A stretch of DNA of 64,000 nucleotides, taken from assembly GCF_902459465.1 (NCBI RefSeq), contig NC_047073.1, positions 1,550,001-1,614,000 on the forward strand, in the 5' to 3' direction. Positions within the stretch are counted from its first letter, which is position 1. Each line of letters starts with the position of its first letter. Source of the stretch: Asterias rubens (lineage: Eukaryota). The translations under genes were made by a program, and so were the position numbers. The notes beneath the pieces were generated by a model. The model was not told the origin of the DNA, searched no databases, and worked only from the letters and a program-made list of their open reading frames with translations. This document shows positions 1 to 14,100 of the stretch, piece after piece.

Positions 1-1789
1 CAGATTTACATAAAACTTACACGGCCTAATGATGATGATAGTAGAAAACATCCCTTGAAATATTTTTGTCTGAAATTTAATATTTGATGAGAAACAAATA
101 ATCCAAATTTGCGTTTGGAGTTTATCGCCCAGTGAGCGTTTCATGCGTTTTTTTTTTGGCATCGATGCAATGCAAAAGTTTGTAATCGGTTTTCCACTAT
201 ATTCTCTCGTGACTCAGATGGCCGATCTCAAACTTCTACATTTTTGTCAGTTTATGTGTATGGTGGATTACATAAAGTGCTTTCATTGCCAGCAACTGTT
301 TTGCTAGTAAAACCAATTCTGTAATGTTCATTTTAAAAGTCTGTCGATGTTGAAGAATCATGCTACCCTGGATCTGAAACTAATCTGAATACTTTGAACT
401 CTGGTGCTTGAACAAACAAAAATGTTTAAAACTATAGCAAGTAGGCCTAGACGTGTTTTCACTTAATACTCACTTTGTTTCTAGTCTGCGAAGAAAACTA
501 ACTGTATGTGATGTATGCAATTCAAGCGACAAACACAATTTTTTACAAACTAATGGCTTGCCCTCTGAAACATAACCTCTAAAATTAAGACGGTACTTTT
601 TTTGCGTTTCCAAAAGCAGGTTAAATTGGGCATGTTTTGTCTCTTTCATAATTGTGCACAGAAATAACACTATTTAATTTCCTAGAAGACTGAACATTTT
701 AACGTTGATTTTGATCTTTTAATTAGGCAAAGTATTGTTTGAAGGGCCACATTTTCTTAGTCAGTCTGCGCTCCATTTTGAAATACAACGGAGATTGAGA
801 AATGCAGCTGTTTATAGAACAAAAATTAAACCTACAGTACAAAACTTGCACTTGGCAAAACCTTTAATTGTAGTTTTTAAACTGATACAGTGTCAGTTTA
901 CAAACTAAAATTACAAGTTAAAAATTTTTCGTCCCAGTGAAAATTTTGTGCCATTTTTTGTGTGGATGGGTATCGACTAAATCAAACAAATAAATGTGGT
1001 TTTCATTGTTATTATTATTATATAGTCTGTTGCTCTTGTAAGTACGAAAATGCAAAGAGTAGGCTCTTGTAAGTACGAAAATGCAAAGAGTAAAATGGGT
1101 CTATAAATATAAGGTTTTTGCAATTTAAGCCCCTTTTTCCATCCCATGTCTTTTGGCAATTCAGCAAAATCAGTCAGGCAGTAATTTGCGATAAACCTTA
1201 AATAAATATTTGTATAGAAGGGAGAAACATCAAACACCTTCTGTATGGCGCAACCACTTTTTCACTCATTTTTACAAAAAGGGATATCTCATTGAGGTAA
1301 ATATTATTATTTCATATCGAATGAAAAAGTCGTGGCGCCATGCGGAAAATTTTCCCAAAACAGTGCCTGCCTGGGCAAATGGAAGTGCTATAGACAAATT
1401 GGCATGCTAACGGAGGAATAACCCCATGATCTACTCTACTCTAAAGAATAGCACTACCATTTTGTCTACACTGTACATAGAGTTCCTATCTACGCACAGT
1501 ATAGTATCACGTACAGCATGTACATGTAGGTAAAAATGTAGAAGTTTACAAATTTGCTGCCAATAATGTGTATCAATTGTGGTTTGTTGTCTACGGAGGA
1601 TGGTAGTAAGGGAAAATGTTGACGAGTACATGCAGTTGATGTTGTAAGGCCACATGACACACAAAGTCCGAGCTCCTGCATACGTGCTAACTCCAAGGTT
1701 TCGATGTAGAATAATTTAAATAATGTGACCGGAGAAAAATCACAAAATGTAAAAATGCCGGCTAGCTAGCCATTTTGTTGTTTACTTAC

Positions 1790-2200
1790 CTCACGTTACA
1801 ATTGGAAACTGTTCACTGGGTGTGAAAGTGTCACCGCTCTCTTTTGTGTTTGTGACAACAGCAAATAGTGAATGTAAAATATCGAATAAAAGTCGAACTT
1901 TGAAGAACAAAAATGAAGGCAGACGGTAGTCTCTCTCACCACACTTTTTGTACCACAGCTGAGAAAAATGCCCACACTTCAGGACAACGTCCGGAACATT
2001 AACACGAAGCGACTTGGTGTGACGTCAGCGATTCGCAGAAGAGGTCAATACAAAGACTGGTTTCCAGGCGCAGACTGTACGTTGTAGCCAAGGAGGAAGA
2101 GGAGGGAACCAGATCATTCCTGCCAACAATTCGGGCTTGTTGACAGTTTCTAGCATTTTGATTGGTTAGTCGGGACAGCGCCCACAAGAATTGCATCATC
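1790..2200 (-). promoter_or_regulatory. Possible promoter and non-coding first exon of a minus-strand gene extending left of the window
   Basis: Donor GAG|GTAAGT at 1789-1784. ETS-like CCGGAA (1991), CRE TGACGTCA (2020-2027) and ATTGG (~2161) lie in a CpG-enriched patch. Confidence 0.3.
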
Positions 2201-3575
2201 ATTCTTCAGTCTGCTTTATTTATGACGGTTGGTTTTCCTGCTTACTAACTATGTTATTCGATTTACACTGAAATTTAAAAGTGACGTGGTTCCAATGTTC
2301 ACACCAGTGCCCACTCGGTTGGAGTGTCCATGTCTTAGTCAGGGGTTCGTGTGAAGGAGATTCTGCCCCCCCCCCCCAACTGTGTACCAGAGGATATTGG
2401 GCAATACGGCTCTGCTGTGTACAGTGTGATGGCGCCCTCTTTTGATGCATCCACCTTTAGACCACGCGATTTCGGACAAAATCTCCGGTGGGACACTGGT
2501 CCATGGGACGCAGCTTAGTTGGCAGGGGTAGAACACTCAAATCGATATATAATAGTCTTTCGCTCCGAAAAATGCGGCAATTTAGGATTTTAGTGCAATT
2601 TCGTTTTAACTTTTAAAGTTGTCAGGGAGATCAAAAAAGGTTCTTATGAGCAACTCATTTGATAGCTTCAAAGACACCTCGACCATAAGCACTTCAATTA
2701 ACCCATCCCATCCACACAATGCGCACACTGGTGTGATACGTGTCTTTGAACATTTTGTTGCCGGTGTCAGATGCAATTGTGTCCGCCATGCAATACTGTC
2801 CGCTCCGGACATGCAAGCGTGTCCGGGGCTATGCAAAAACCGTCCGGTGGACATACATAGGCTGTACATGATGTGGCGCGTGTAAGCGAGCGTGCCTGTA
2901 CTGAACCTATACGTACTGCAACATGAATATTCACGTATTATTATTGCAGCGAATACCCAACGGCCGAACATTTCTCATGTCATTCATGACATGCACTTAG
3001 TCTGCCTTAGTCTTCCTTCATGGTTAGCTTGTTGTAAAAAGAAATGGCAAACGTGTTCCGTCGACCAAATCATGGAGGAATATTCCTCCATGACCAAATT
3101 AACTGCAAGGACGGTCCGGTTTCAACGGGGCGGACACAACTGCATATGCAAATGTGTGACACAAATTATTGCATTATGCAGCAGCGTCCGGGCGGACACG
3201 ATTGCAAATGCAAAACCGTCCGGCGGACATTTTTGCATATGCAATAATGTCCTCCGGATAGTATTGCATAGAGGACATAATTGCATGCTATACCGGCTCA
3301 ACTATACAGAACAGATACAGAATACAGATTGATGAGTGGCATTATAATTACAATGAGTTATCAATAGAGGGCGGTATATAAGATGAGTGGTGTACTCAGA
3401 GACGGGGGGGGGGGGGTATTCCAAACCCGTTTTCGTGACTCGCGGAGCACAAACGGTCTATACTTTGATTTTTGTGATTGCACCAATTCAGAAGAATGTT
3501 AACACAAACTCTACATAACCAACAAATCATTGTTTTGTTGACACAACAAATATTTTATTAAGTTTACCTGTCTTC

Positions 3576-4086
3576 TTTCGACGAGACACTTATGCAGCAT
3601 AATTTAAAGCATGTATAAAAAAGACAACATTTTGAAAACTAATTAAAAGAACCGTTGATAATATCCTACCAACTAAACAATGAACACAATGGGCCCATTT
3701 AAATTTTCTAATCAAGTTTATCACATTATTGCAAAAAGAAATAAAAAATGTACATGTAAACGGTTTATGTTTCAACAGCTCTCCATCGCTCATCCAATTT
3801 ATAGCATAAACACTTAAAAGTGTTTATGCTATTTCGACGAGACACTTATGCAGCATAATTTAAAGCATGTATAAAAAAGACAACATTTTGAAAACTAATT
3901 AAAAGAACCGTTGATAATATCCTACCAACTAAACAATGAACACAATGGGCCCATTTAAATTTTCTAATCAAGTTTATCACATTATTGCAAAAAGAAATAA
4001 AAAATGTACATGTAAACGGTTTATGTTTCAACAGCTCTCCATCGCTCATCCAATTTATAGCATAAACACTTAAAAGTGTTTATGCT
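3576..4086 (+). repeat. 256-bp apparently perfect tandem duplication
   Basis: TTTCGACGAGACAC... starts at 3576 and 3832; the ORF track shows two identical 67-aa ORFs. Confidence 0.93.
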
Positions 4087-4669
4087 GTAACAATTGATTT
4101 GAGTAATTACAAATAATGTCCACTTGGTGCCTTTAAAGGCTTAGGCTATGTATCTATCTAAAAAGATTGTACGATCACCAACGCCCCTGGAAATGGTCAA
4201 AATAATTATATTTCCAGAGCCGCTACAACCTATCTGAAAAATGGCTAAAGCATTTCATATCCTTTCATTGAATTACCGCTAATAAATTTTCTAAATTATT
4301 TCCCACCACGAACAAATAAAAAAAAACGACAAATTAAATATAAAGCAGAGTATTGTCTCAAATAAACTCACGATTATATGCCAATTATTTCAACAAAGCT
4401 AAATATACATATTTTGGCATAGAGTGCTATAACAAAAAATGTACTTTCTTTGTCTGCAAACCATAGGCTCAGTGTAAAACACATTTTGAGTTTTTATTTG
4501 CACTAAGAAGAGCACGAAGAGCATAACGTTTTTTAGCTAGTATGCAGATCCATATTAATGAATATCTCTAAAGTCGCTTTCAGACGGGCACGTCAGAGTT
4601 GCTCCGAACCAAATAGATTTGTCTAGGTCGACCCAAGTTTCAGACAGGCGAACTTAACATAGGCCTATG

Positions 4670-5020
4670 GTTTACATTGGCTCGAATCATGGCAAAATTG
4701 ACGTCTGAAACCAAAGTGCTCCATAGAGTCGTTCCGAATGACTGCAACAGTCGACCTTTCGACTTCTATCGTATCCAGTCGCTCCTAAACTAACATAGTA
4801 ATGGCTCGGTTCATCACAAGATCGACGTCTATAAAACCAAGGCGCTCCAGAGTCGTTCCGAACGACTGCAACAATAGATCTTTCTATTTCTAGCGCGTCT
4901 AGTCGCTCCTTACTTTTATACCATTTACATTGGCTTGGCTCAAGACAAAGTTCTAAGTCTGAAACCAATGTGCTTCAGAGTCATTCCAAACGACTGCAAC
5001 AGTCGATCTTTCGATGTCGA
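4670..5020 (+). repeat. Degenerate ~125-130 bp tandem repeat, ~3 copies
   Basis: TCTGAAACCAA.GTGCT..AGAGTCGTTCCGAA.GACTGCAACAGTCGA at 4704, 4828 and 4958. Confidence 0.8.
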
Positions 5021-5143
5021 ACTTTTCATGTATTTTATTCACAGAGTTTGGTTTAGTGTGGCTCTGAAGCGCCAGTCTGAAACGGGTGATTCTAGTTAAG
5101 TTTTATCAAAAGTACAAACTGACTCAGCTGACAGCTCAGTGAA

Positions 5144-8100
5144 TCACACTTTATCTTCCATAGGTAAGGCAGTATGATATGTTGCTTTGGTATGACGGCC
5201 GTATTTCTGGTAGACGAGTACTGTGATAAATGCGATGAGCATTATCAGGAGCATAATGATCAGTATTATCAAAATCCACAAACCAGTTGACATATCTGAA
5301 AGTAACAATACAAATAATAAACATAAAATATCTGTGCATTATGTTGACTGTGCTATTTCTTTATTTATTTATTTGGTTATCTAATTTACTCAGGGTGAGC
5401 CAAATCAGTATAGACGATGTGACCTGTTTCCTGCAGGCATGATTTGTACACAGCTCAATGGAAGAAAACATATAATCTTCTATTTTATGGAGACTGCACT
5501 CTGTCTAATTCCTATCAATTTTTCATATGATGATAGGGGGGGGGGTACATCTCGAAACTTGACCAGCTTGTACTTTCATAACTCTTGGTTTTATGTGGAA
5601 ATTATGACACAAAATGTCAACTTTCCAATAGGACCAGTGTTAGTATATTGCCTGCCAGTATACTGAAAGAATGTACAAGGTCACACTTATTGTAAACAAA
5701 GTTCACATGGTCTATAAAGAACTGGTTTCCATTTTGGCCCTGCATAAAATTATTAAAGTTCAGAACAAACATGTCAACTTGTGCTCCATTCCCACGAAAC
5801 ATTCGCTGCGAAAGCAGCACCGTGTGACTTTAAAATTCCCTTAGCATTCGCATTCGCAGGAAGTATGAACCCGGCTTTAAACATAATTATTTTTTATGCA
5901 AAAAACACCGTGCGCTACCAACAAAAACAATTTTAATGGCAGATTATTATGTTCGAATAGTGCAGTTGTGTCAACCAATAACTCTAGTTAAGAATGTATA
6001 CTTTACCAATATCATCTCCTTTTGAGAATGGTTTCTTGGGCTTTGTTCCATTTTCTCCGATGGCTTCATTGCTGCCTTCATCACCACCTGGAAAAAAAAT
6101 TTTTATTGTTGTGGAAAAAAAAATCAAAATTAGTAGTGAATTTCCAAGTGCTTACTTCAACATGTTTTAATATTCAGATAGTATTGTCATTTAGGCACTG
6201 GACACCTTTGGTAATTTTCAACGACCTGTATTCTCACTTTAATTTCTCACTTCTCATTTTAAAAGTATTTCATGGCTTACCTTCTTCTTCATGCGAGCCA
6301 TCCATGGTGTCTGGGCTTGATGATTCATTACTGCACTTGATTCCAACATCGCTCAGATGAGTGCAGTCAGTGATACCCCAACCATCATGCGCGCAATCAA
6401 CAAGTCTGTCCTCCCCGCCAGTACATACAACCTCATCTAGCACGATGGCACCGAGTGTTTCGTCAGTTACGACTCGGTAGTGAGGGAGTGTTGGGTCAGA
6501 AGACTGGTATCCTAGCTGTTTACACGCTACGTCACTGTTTAGGGCATTCCAATTGTGACCACAAACTGTTCCCCAAATTCCTTGATAATACAATTCCAGT
6601 CGTCCTTCAAGAGCCGAATCACCATCTACCAGTCTGACAGAGCCATCTTTAGACATACGAAGAAGAAATAAAAATGAAAATGAAGAGATTGGTCAACGTC
6701 TTAGAAACCGGTTTTGTTCCAAACTAAAAGTCTACTGATTTTGACATAGGGGCAGTCATTTGAGATATTACTTAAAAGTAATAAACATTCTGGATGTCGT
6801 TTATAGCATTTCTGTGTAGTGTTTGTTTACAAGGGGTGTTTGGGTGTATTTTTTTTTTCTTTTTTTTTTTTTTTGGTTTGTTCTTCTTCTTCTTCTTCTT
6901 ATTTTTTTTTTAGTTTTATTTTGTATTTTGAAAAAGCCATCTTAAACAATACGAACAAAGAAGACAAGGTTGGTCAGTGTCTCAGGAACCAGTTTTGTTT
7001 CAATCCGAAAGCTTACTGTATGTCATAATACCAACGTCAACCATGTGTTTAAAGGTCTATGTTCGTCGACTCACCTGGTATAGCGCCCTCTGGTGTTGGT
7101 GCCGTACAAACTACGCTCGCATATCCGGATTGGTTGTAGCTCTTATCAACCCAGCTGCCATGACTACACATCACTAGTTCTGGTTCTGTGCCATCACACG
7201 ATACGTCATCAAGGAGCACAGTCTTCGTAGTCTCACCATAGAATGACCGTGGTAAGGCACTCTCTGCAGATATGAATCCTAGCTGTCGACACACTACAGC
7301 GGCCGCCTCCGAAGTCCATCCTTGGTCACATACAGTTCCCCACCTGCCGTGATATTTGACTTCTACACGGCCGTGATGTGGGTACTCACCCCCATCTAGA
7401 CGAACTCTGCCATCTGTTTGTGATTGTTAATATGATAATAACTTGTATAAGGCGAGAAATTGCCAAAGGATATCCACAAGGCAGTCAGGTCTTTGAGAGG
7501 GCAAGGCCATTTTCATTTTGAAAAGGTCACTTCCACGGGAAAATCATAAAGTCAATGTGAAACTTTCGAAGGGACAACAAGGCCAAGACAAGAGCAACGG
7601 AGGCCAAGCCCTCCGTGGCCTGCGTGAATTGCCATGCCTGGGAAACTGAGAAAAACGGGGAAACAAGACAGTACAAAGACGCTGTGTACCAGTCAGACTA
7701 GAGGAAAAGGTGGGTCATGAGAGCCATGACACTTTTACAGTTTCTGGTTTGGGTGGATAGATTATTTCATAATCGGGGAGCGGCAGTGGAAAAAGACCTT
7801 GTCACCTGCAAGTATGAGCAACATTCAAAAAGTCATCATAAATCATGGTCCTATAAGTTAGGACAATGGGATTTTTAAAAAACTTAAGGCTAGTCCTCGT
7901 TAGGACGAGTAGACGTCCCAACTCGAGATAAAACTAATCGTAGTACTTATGAAATCCACCTCAGCTTTTGAATTAACGAAAAGTACATACCGTCTTTATA
8001 CGCAGTGGGTATAGGGTTATAAGGTGTGCCGCAAATGACCCCTACATCATCCGAATGGTCGCAAGTGCCACTCCGCCATTGATGTTGACAATCTTCTAAT

Positions 8101-11100
8101 CGTTGTTCTGAACCTATACATTCGATACTGCCTAAAAACACAGGAATTGTGTAATCGCCGAAATAAGACGACGGTAGTGACGTACGGACTCTTTTGTAGC
8201 CGAGCTGTCTGCATACAACAGAAGCATCATTGATGTTCCAGTCATCATCGCAAACCGTACCCCAGACGCCTTGATAAGAAATCTGTACTTGGCCACTCTG
8301 AGATCCTCGCCCGTCCACCAATCGAAGTGAACCATCTGGGAAAAAAATGGCATAAGTTACCCACACAGAAGTAGCGACTTATCAACGGATAAATGTATTG
8401 TATTGGGATTTTTTATAGCGGTTTAAAGGCACTGGACACATTTGGTATAAATTACTCAAAATAAATGTTAGCATTTAAATACAAACATTTACCTTCTGGT
8501 GTGGAGTAGGTTTTGCAGTTTAAAGTGAGGTCATCAGAGTGGTCGCAGTCATTGTCACCCCATGGTCCATGACTACAAAGCGCCAATTTGGACTCGGTGC
8601 CGACGCATTTGACGTCATCCAGGTGTATTGGGCTAGATGAGCGTCCGAATTCAAACTCAGGAGGTGCAGGGGTATCGGCAGCTGATATGTAACCGAGTTG
8701 CCTGCAGATGACGTCAGCTGTTGCGTTGTCGAGTCCTTTTTGGCAGATTGTTCCCCATTGACCGAGGTAGTACACTTCGACACGACCAATATTCGTCCTA
8801 GTGCCGCCAGTCAGGCGCACTGCACCATCTGAATACAAAAAGAAAAATGTATTTTATGCGTCTACAAAATTTTGAACTTGTTCTCAAATAAGAAATCATA
8901 TCATTTGTATGTCTCTCCATCAGCCAAGAAAAAAGGTAAACTGCCTCTCGACTGGCTGTTATTTGCCCAATCACAACGCCTCATTCAATGCACATGACCT
9001 AGTAACGCCCTGTCATTAGGAACTCTTAAAGGGAGATGTACTCAAAATTTAAGTTCAACAATGTATCAGCATTATTTCGTTCCCCCGAAATCATTTCGTT
9101 ATCAAAACATATCATGTTGTTCTCTTGCAATCATGTCATCTCTATACCCAGCCCGGTGCAGACTTCCTGCGAATGCAAATTCGATACGAATATTGACGTC
9201 ACTTCGCTGCGAATATTTGGCAGAAGTTGAGCACAAAGCTCAACTCTTCGGACCATTTTGTAAAACAGCCGTTGTGCTGATATTTGTACCCTGTTTAAAT
9301 TTTAACAGCCGTTGTGCTGATATTTGTACCTTGTTTAAAATATTTTGAAATAAATAAATAAATAAATCTCTGCACCCTCTCAAAAAGTGACTGTTATCTT
9401 TCATGCCACAAACTAATGAATTTTGCTCTCATAAATCAACCTCTTTCTGAAAAATATAAGAAAACTTCAACCAAAACCAATTTAATATCTTCCCGTCATA
9501 ATACCTGTTGTGGGTGCTGGGGACAGTGATATGGGATCACCTTCCACGCTACACACGGCACCAGCATCGTGTGAATGATCGCATGTGGTTAGTGGTATCG
9601 ACCACCCGTCATGACTGCAAGCTGCTATACTATTCTCATATCCACCACAGTTGAGACCATCGAGTCGCATTGGCCCTGAACCCTGCCCGTAGTATGCGTC
9701 TGGTTTCGCTTCGACTGCACCGCTGTAGCCGAGTTGATTGCAAAGCACAATTGCTGCGCTCAGGGTCCAGAATTCATCGCAGACGGTTCCCCAGACTCCT
9801 TGGTAGTAAACCTCTACACGACCCTCGTAAGCTTGGTACCCGTCTACGAGACGCACGCTGCCATCTGTAAAAGAGTAATGACGTCTGTTCATAATTGAAT
9901 ATACCTTTGATTAATTTCAAAGGCTATGAAACTCAACGCCACTATTGGTAATTACTCAAAATAATTATTAGCATAAAAACTTTCTTGGTGACAAGTAATG
10001 GGGAGACGTTGGTGGTATGAAACATTGTGAGAAACGGCTCCCTTTGAAGTGCCATAGTTTTCGAGAAAGAAGTAATTTTCCACGAATTTGATTTCGAGAC
10101 CTCAGATTTACTAGAACTTGAGGTCTCGAAATCAACCATCTAAACGCACACAACTTCCTGTGACAAAAGGGTGTTTTTTTCTTTCATTATTATCTCGCAA
10201 GTTCGATGACCGATTTCACAGGTTAGTCATTTTATGCTTATGTTGATATACACCAACTGTGAAGGCTAGTCTTTGACAATTACCAATAGTGTCAAGACAC
10301 TGGACAAGTCAGTTTCACTTTGTACAAAAAAAGTTACTTTCTTAAGATTACGAAATAGGATATAAACATATTGCACTGCAGACATCATTAAAGGCACTTG
10401 ACACCTTTGGTAATTGCCAGAGACCAGTATTCTCAGCTTATCCCAACACATGCATAAAATGACAAACCTGGGAACATTTTGGCTGACATGAAAGTTGTAA
10501 GAGAGAGTGAAAGAAAGAAATACCCTTCACAATGTGTATGCTTTCAGATGCACAGTGAAAGGCCCCAGTTGTAGTCTTATTATTTGAATGAGAAAACCAA
10601 GTTTCAAGACCTTATAATATTTAGTTCTAGAGAACAATTTTGCAATAAGAATAACGATAAGCCTACATATTAAGTAAATACCATTCCTTTTGCCTGGATG
10701 AATACCGTATATAAAATGACTTATATCTGGGTGCACTTAACCTAATAGCTCTAAACCAGTCTTCTAAAATCAACAAGTCTATGTTTACCCCCACAGCTAA
10801 TTCATTCAATTCATCCCCCATGCAAGAAGGATCGTGTCATCAGCAAATCAAACAGGCTTATGGCATAATGCACGGTTTTCAACAATAGGCCTACCCAGAC
10901 CTAACGCCATCATACATTGTGGGCTTGTGCTTATGCCACTTACGTTTTTTTTAATTAAAGAGAAAACTAGATAAACCTTTAAAAGTTTGACTACTTAAAA
11001 CTATGGGCCTAGTTAATTAAACAAAGAACAGGGGCTCAAATATTCCTGTATAATAGCTGGGCATGTAAAGAAGTCAGTTCATGTAAATTTATGCGAAATT

Positions 11101-14100
11101 CACATTAAAGTATTTTTAATATATCTATATTTCTTGAACGGTGGTGTGAATATAAAAACCGGTACTCTGACTGACACGCCCATAACGTCGTGACGGTGCA
11201 GTCCGTTGCCCGTTTAAATACGGACACGTTTGCTTGGTACTTGTCAAAACCAGTATTACCACAGTATTATACTGTTTTACAGAAGATAATAAACGCAGAC
11301 AGAGCAAAGTTATAGCCAAGAGCAAAGAGAGAAAAAACATCAGTTTAACTGCCTTAAAGACACTGGACACTGTTGGTAATTGTCAAAGACCAGTCTTCTC
11401 TCTTGGTGTATCTCAACATATGCATAAAATAACAAACCTGTGAAAATTTGAGCTCAATTGGTCGTCGAAGTTGCGAGAAAAATACCCTTGTCACGCGAAG
11501 TTGTGTGCTTTCATATGCTTAGTTTCGAGACCTTAAGTTCTACTAAATCAAATTCGTGGGAAATTACTTCTTTCACGAAAACTACGTTACTTCAGAGGGA
11601 GCCATTTCTCACAATGTTTTATACTATCAACAGCTCCCCATTACTCGTTATATACCAAGTAAAGCTTTATGCAAATTATTTTGAGTAATTACCAATAGTG
11701 TCCACTGCTTTAAAGTTAACATGACAAAAAAAGTAACTATCTTGCTCTTCGAAACGCTTACCTTTCAAATTAAATAAAATACACTCTAGAAAAGTTACTA
11801 AATAACAAATACCAGCATTAAACATAAACGTATGTACATCAGATAACCATCTGTTTTGTACTGTGTTGTTATTAAGTTGTTAAATTTTATGAGTAACTTG
11901 ACTGAAACTCTAGACTCCACCGAATAAAAATACATACCTGGAAGTAGCGATACACCAGCCGCTGACGATGTGGGCGATAACCCTGCAAAGAAACACAATA
12001 GAGAATTCAGATCAGAGGAAATCATGCATGATCGTCAATGTAAACTAAACAAGATGCACTAAATTCTACAAATATTGATCCTTGATGGAGCTCAGTTTTT
12101 TTAACAGACATGTTTTATAGTAAAATAATTTCTCACTGAAATAATTGAATTAAATTCGAGACCTCAGCTTATATCTCGAATTCAAGCATCTGAAAGCACA
12201 CAACCTATGCAGCAAGGGTGTTTTTTCTTTCCTTACTCTCTCGCAACTTCGACGACCAATAGTTCAAATTTCCACAGGTTTGTTATTTATGCAAATGTTG
12301 AGATACACCAAGTGAAAAGACTGGTCTTTGGCTTTAACCGATTGGTGTCCATGCCTTTAAATACAAGTTTACTTTAATTGGGTCTGGCAGAGACATTATA
12401 CATTCAGCGGCGTGTAATGACTCAATATTCTTCTTCTTTTTCTTTATTTTCTTCAATCAGAAAAAAATGTTGCCCAGACTGATGTGGAACGTTGATGGAT
12501 TACACACATGGTCACGTTGACATACTACAACATGGAATGCAGCAAGCCTGTGCAATAAAAACCTGTTTAACATCCACCATATATTACTGACATATTGTAT
12601 GATTGTGTATATATCGAACAAAATTTCCCGGATTTGTTGTGGTACAGTTAACTCGGTCACCAGTTAGACAGAATCTTTCCGAGACTTGTTAAAATCAGAG
12701 AAATGTCTTTGCAAAAATGTTTCAAGGCAGTGGATGAAACACAAACAACAAGCCCGACGTGTAGCCGCCACCATTGTATAGAGGGCACTTTCCATTCGTT
12801 CATTTTGTTCACTTCATTAACCAGACACGTCTCAAAAATAACATTACTGGATACCGAGTTTGCTGCATATTGCTTCTAGATCAATAAAGCACAGCTGCCT
12901 AGCAACAGCCCCAGTATTTTTTGTAAAGATTGTTCTTTAAAGCTTAAACACAAACCTTTTTCTTGTGATTTTCTCTTGATGGGATTTTTTTTGGAGCTGA
13001 ACGATTAGACTGCATGCAGATCTACCTAATTTTGTAACTTTTAAATAATCAGTCACAAAAGGGACTGGACACTATTGGCAATAATTTGTATATACCAGTA
13101 TTCTCACTTGGTGTATCCCAAAATATATACACAAAATAACAAGTCTGTAAAAATTTGGACTCAATATTTGACATCGCAGTTGCAAGAGAATAATGAAAGA
13201 AAAGGCACCATTGTTGCGTTAATTTGTGTGCTTTTAGATGCCTATAAAGGCCTCAGGCCTGGAGTCTTTTAATATTTGATTGATAATTATTTACCTCCTT
13301 CTCAAACTACGTTACTTTAGGGGGAACCGTTTTTCACAATGTTTTATACTATCAACAGCTCTCCATTGCTCGATACCAAGTAAGTTTTGTTGTATCTCAA
13401 GATCAAAATCGACAAACCTGTGAAAATTTGAATTTGGTTGTCGAAGTTGCGAGACTAACAATGGAAGAAAAAACACCCTTGTCACAACGAAGTTGTGTGC
13501 TTTCATGCTTGATTTCTATATCTTAGTGAGAAATCTATATTTTAGTGAGAAATTACTTCTTTCTCAAAAAAACTACGTTACTTCAGACGGAGCCGCTTCT
13601 CACAATGTTTTATACTATCAACAGCTCCCCATTGCTTGTTACCAAGTGGTTACAACAACTATTTTGAGTAATTACCAATAGTGTCCAGTGCCTTTAACAA
13701 TATAAAATCATTGTATTTGTCTTAGCAAAAGCAAGGACATCGGTATCACTTTATACAGGCGTTGGAAGATTTCATTCTTGTTTTGAACAGCTCCGTCTGT
13801 TTAGCATTAAAGGTATACTGTTTCATCAACAAGGCATTTTCAATTTAAAGGCACTCGAAACTATTGGTAACTACTCAAATAATGACAATACATTGTGAGA
13901 AACGGCTCGCTTTTACGTAGTTTTTGAGTAATTTCTCAGTCACTCAAATATTGAACGACTTTAGGCATTAATCCTTTTTTAAGGCATCTGAAAGCACACA
14001 ACTTTACAACAAGGGTGTCTTTTCTTTCATTGTTCTCTTGTAACCTCGATGACAATTGAGTCAACATTTTTACAGATTTGCTATTTAATGCATTATGTGC

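Noticed and set aside
1032-1092. 31-bp direct repeat (also 40-bp at 9264-9340, 18-bp at ~16615, 17-bp at ~50436)
   Set aside because: Two-copy slippage duplications in non-coding DNA with no further structure.
3590-4049. Two identical 67-aa ORFs as duplicated genes
   Set aside because: By-product of the 256-bp duplication; AT-rich with no recognisable domain.
5617-5662. Extra SRCR-gene exon with hydrophobic ILAGNILTLVLL
   Set aside because: Wrong phase (an in-frame TAA in phase 1), and the sequence matches a repeat also seen at ~44865-44945. The true TM exon is 5295-5144.
9942-11688. Similar 60-80 aa ORFs recurring at 9942, 11458, 13312 and 32583 as a possible small gene family or transposase
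   Set aside because: They are chance ORFs inside non-autonomous MITE copies, with no DDE motifs and inconsistent frames.
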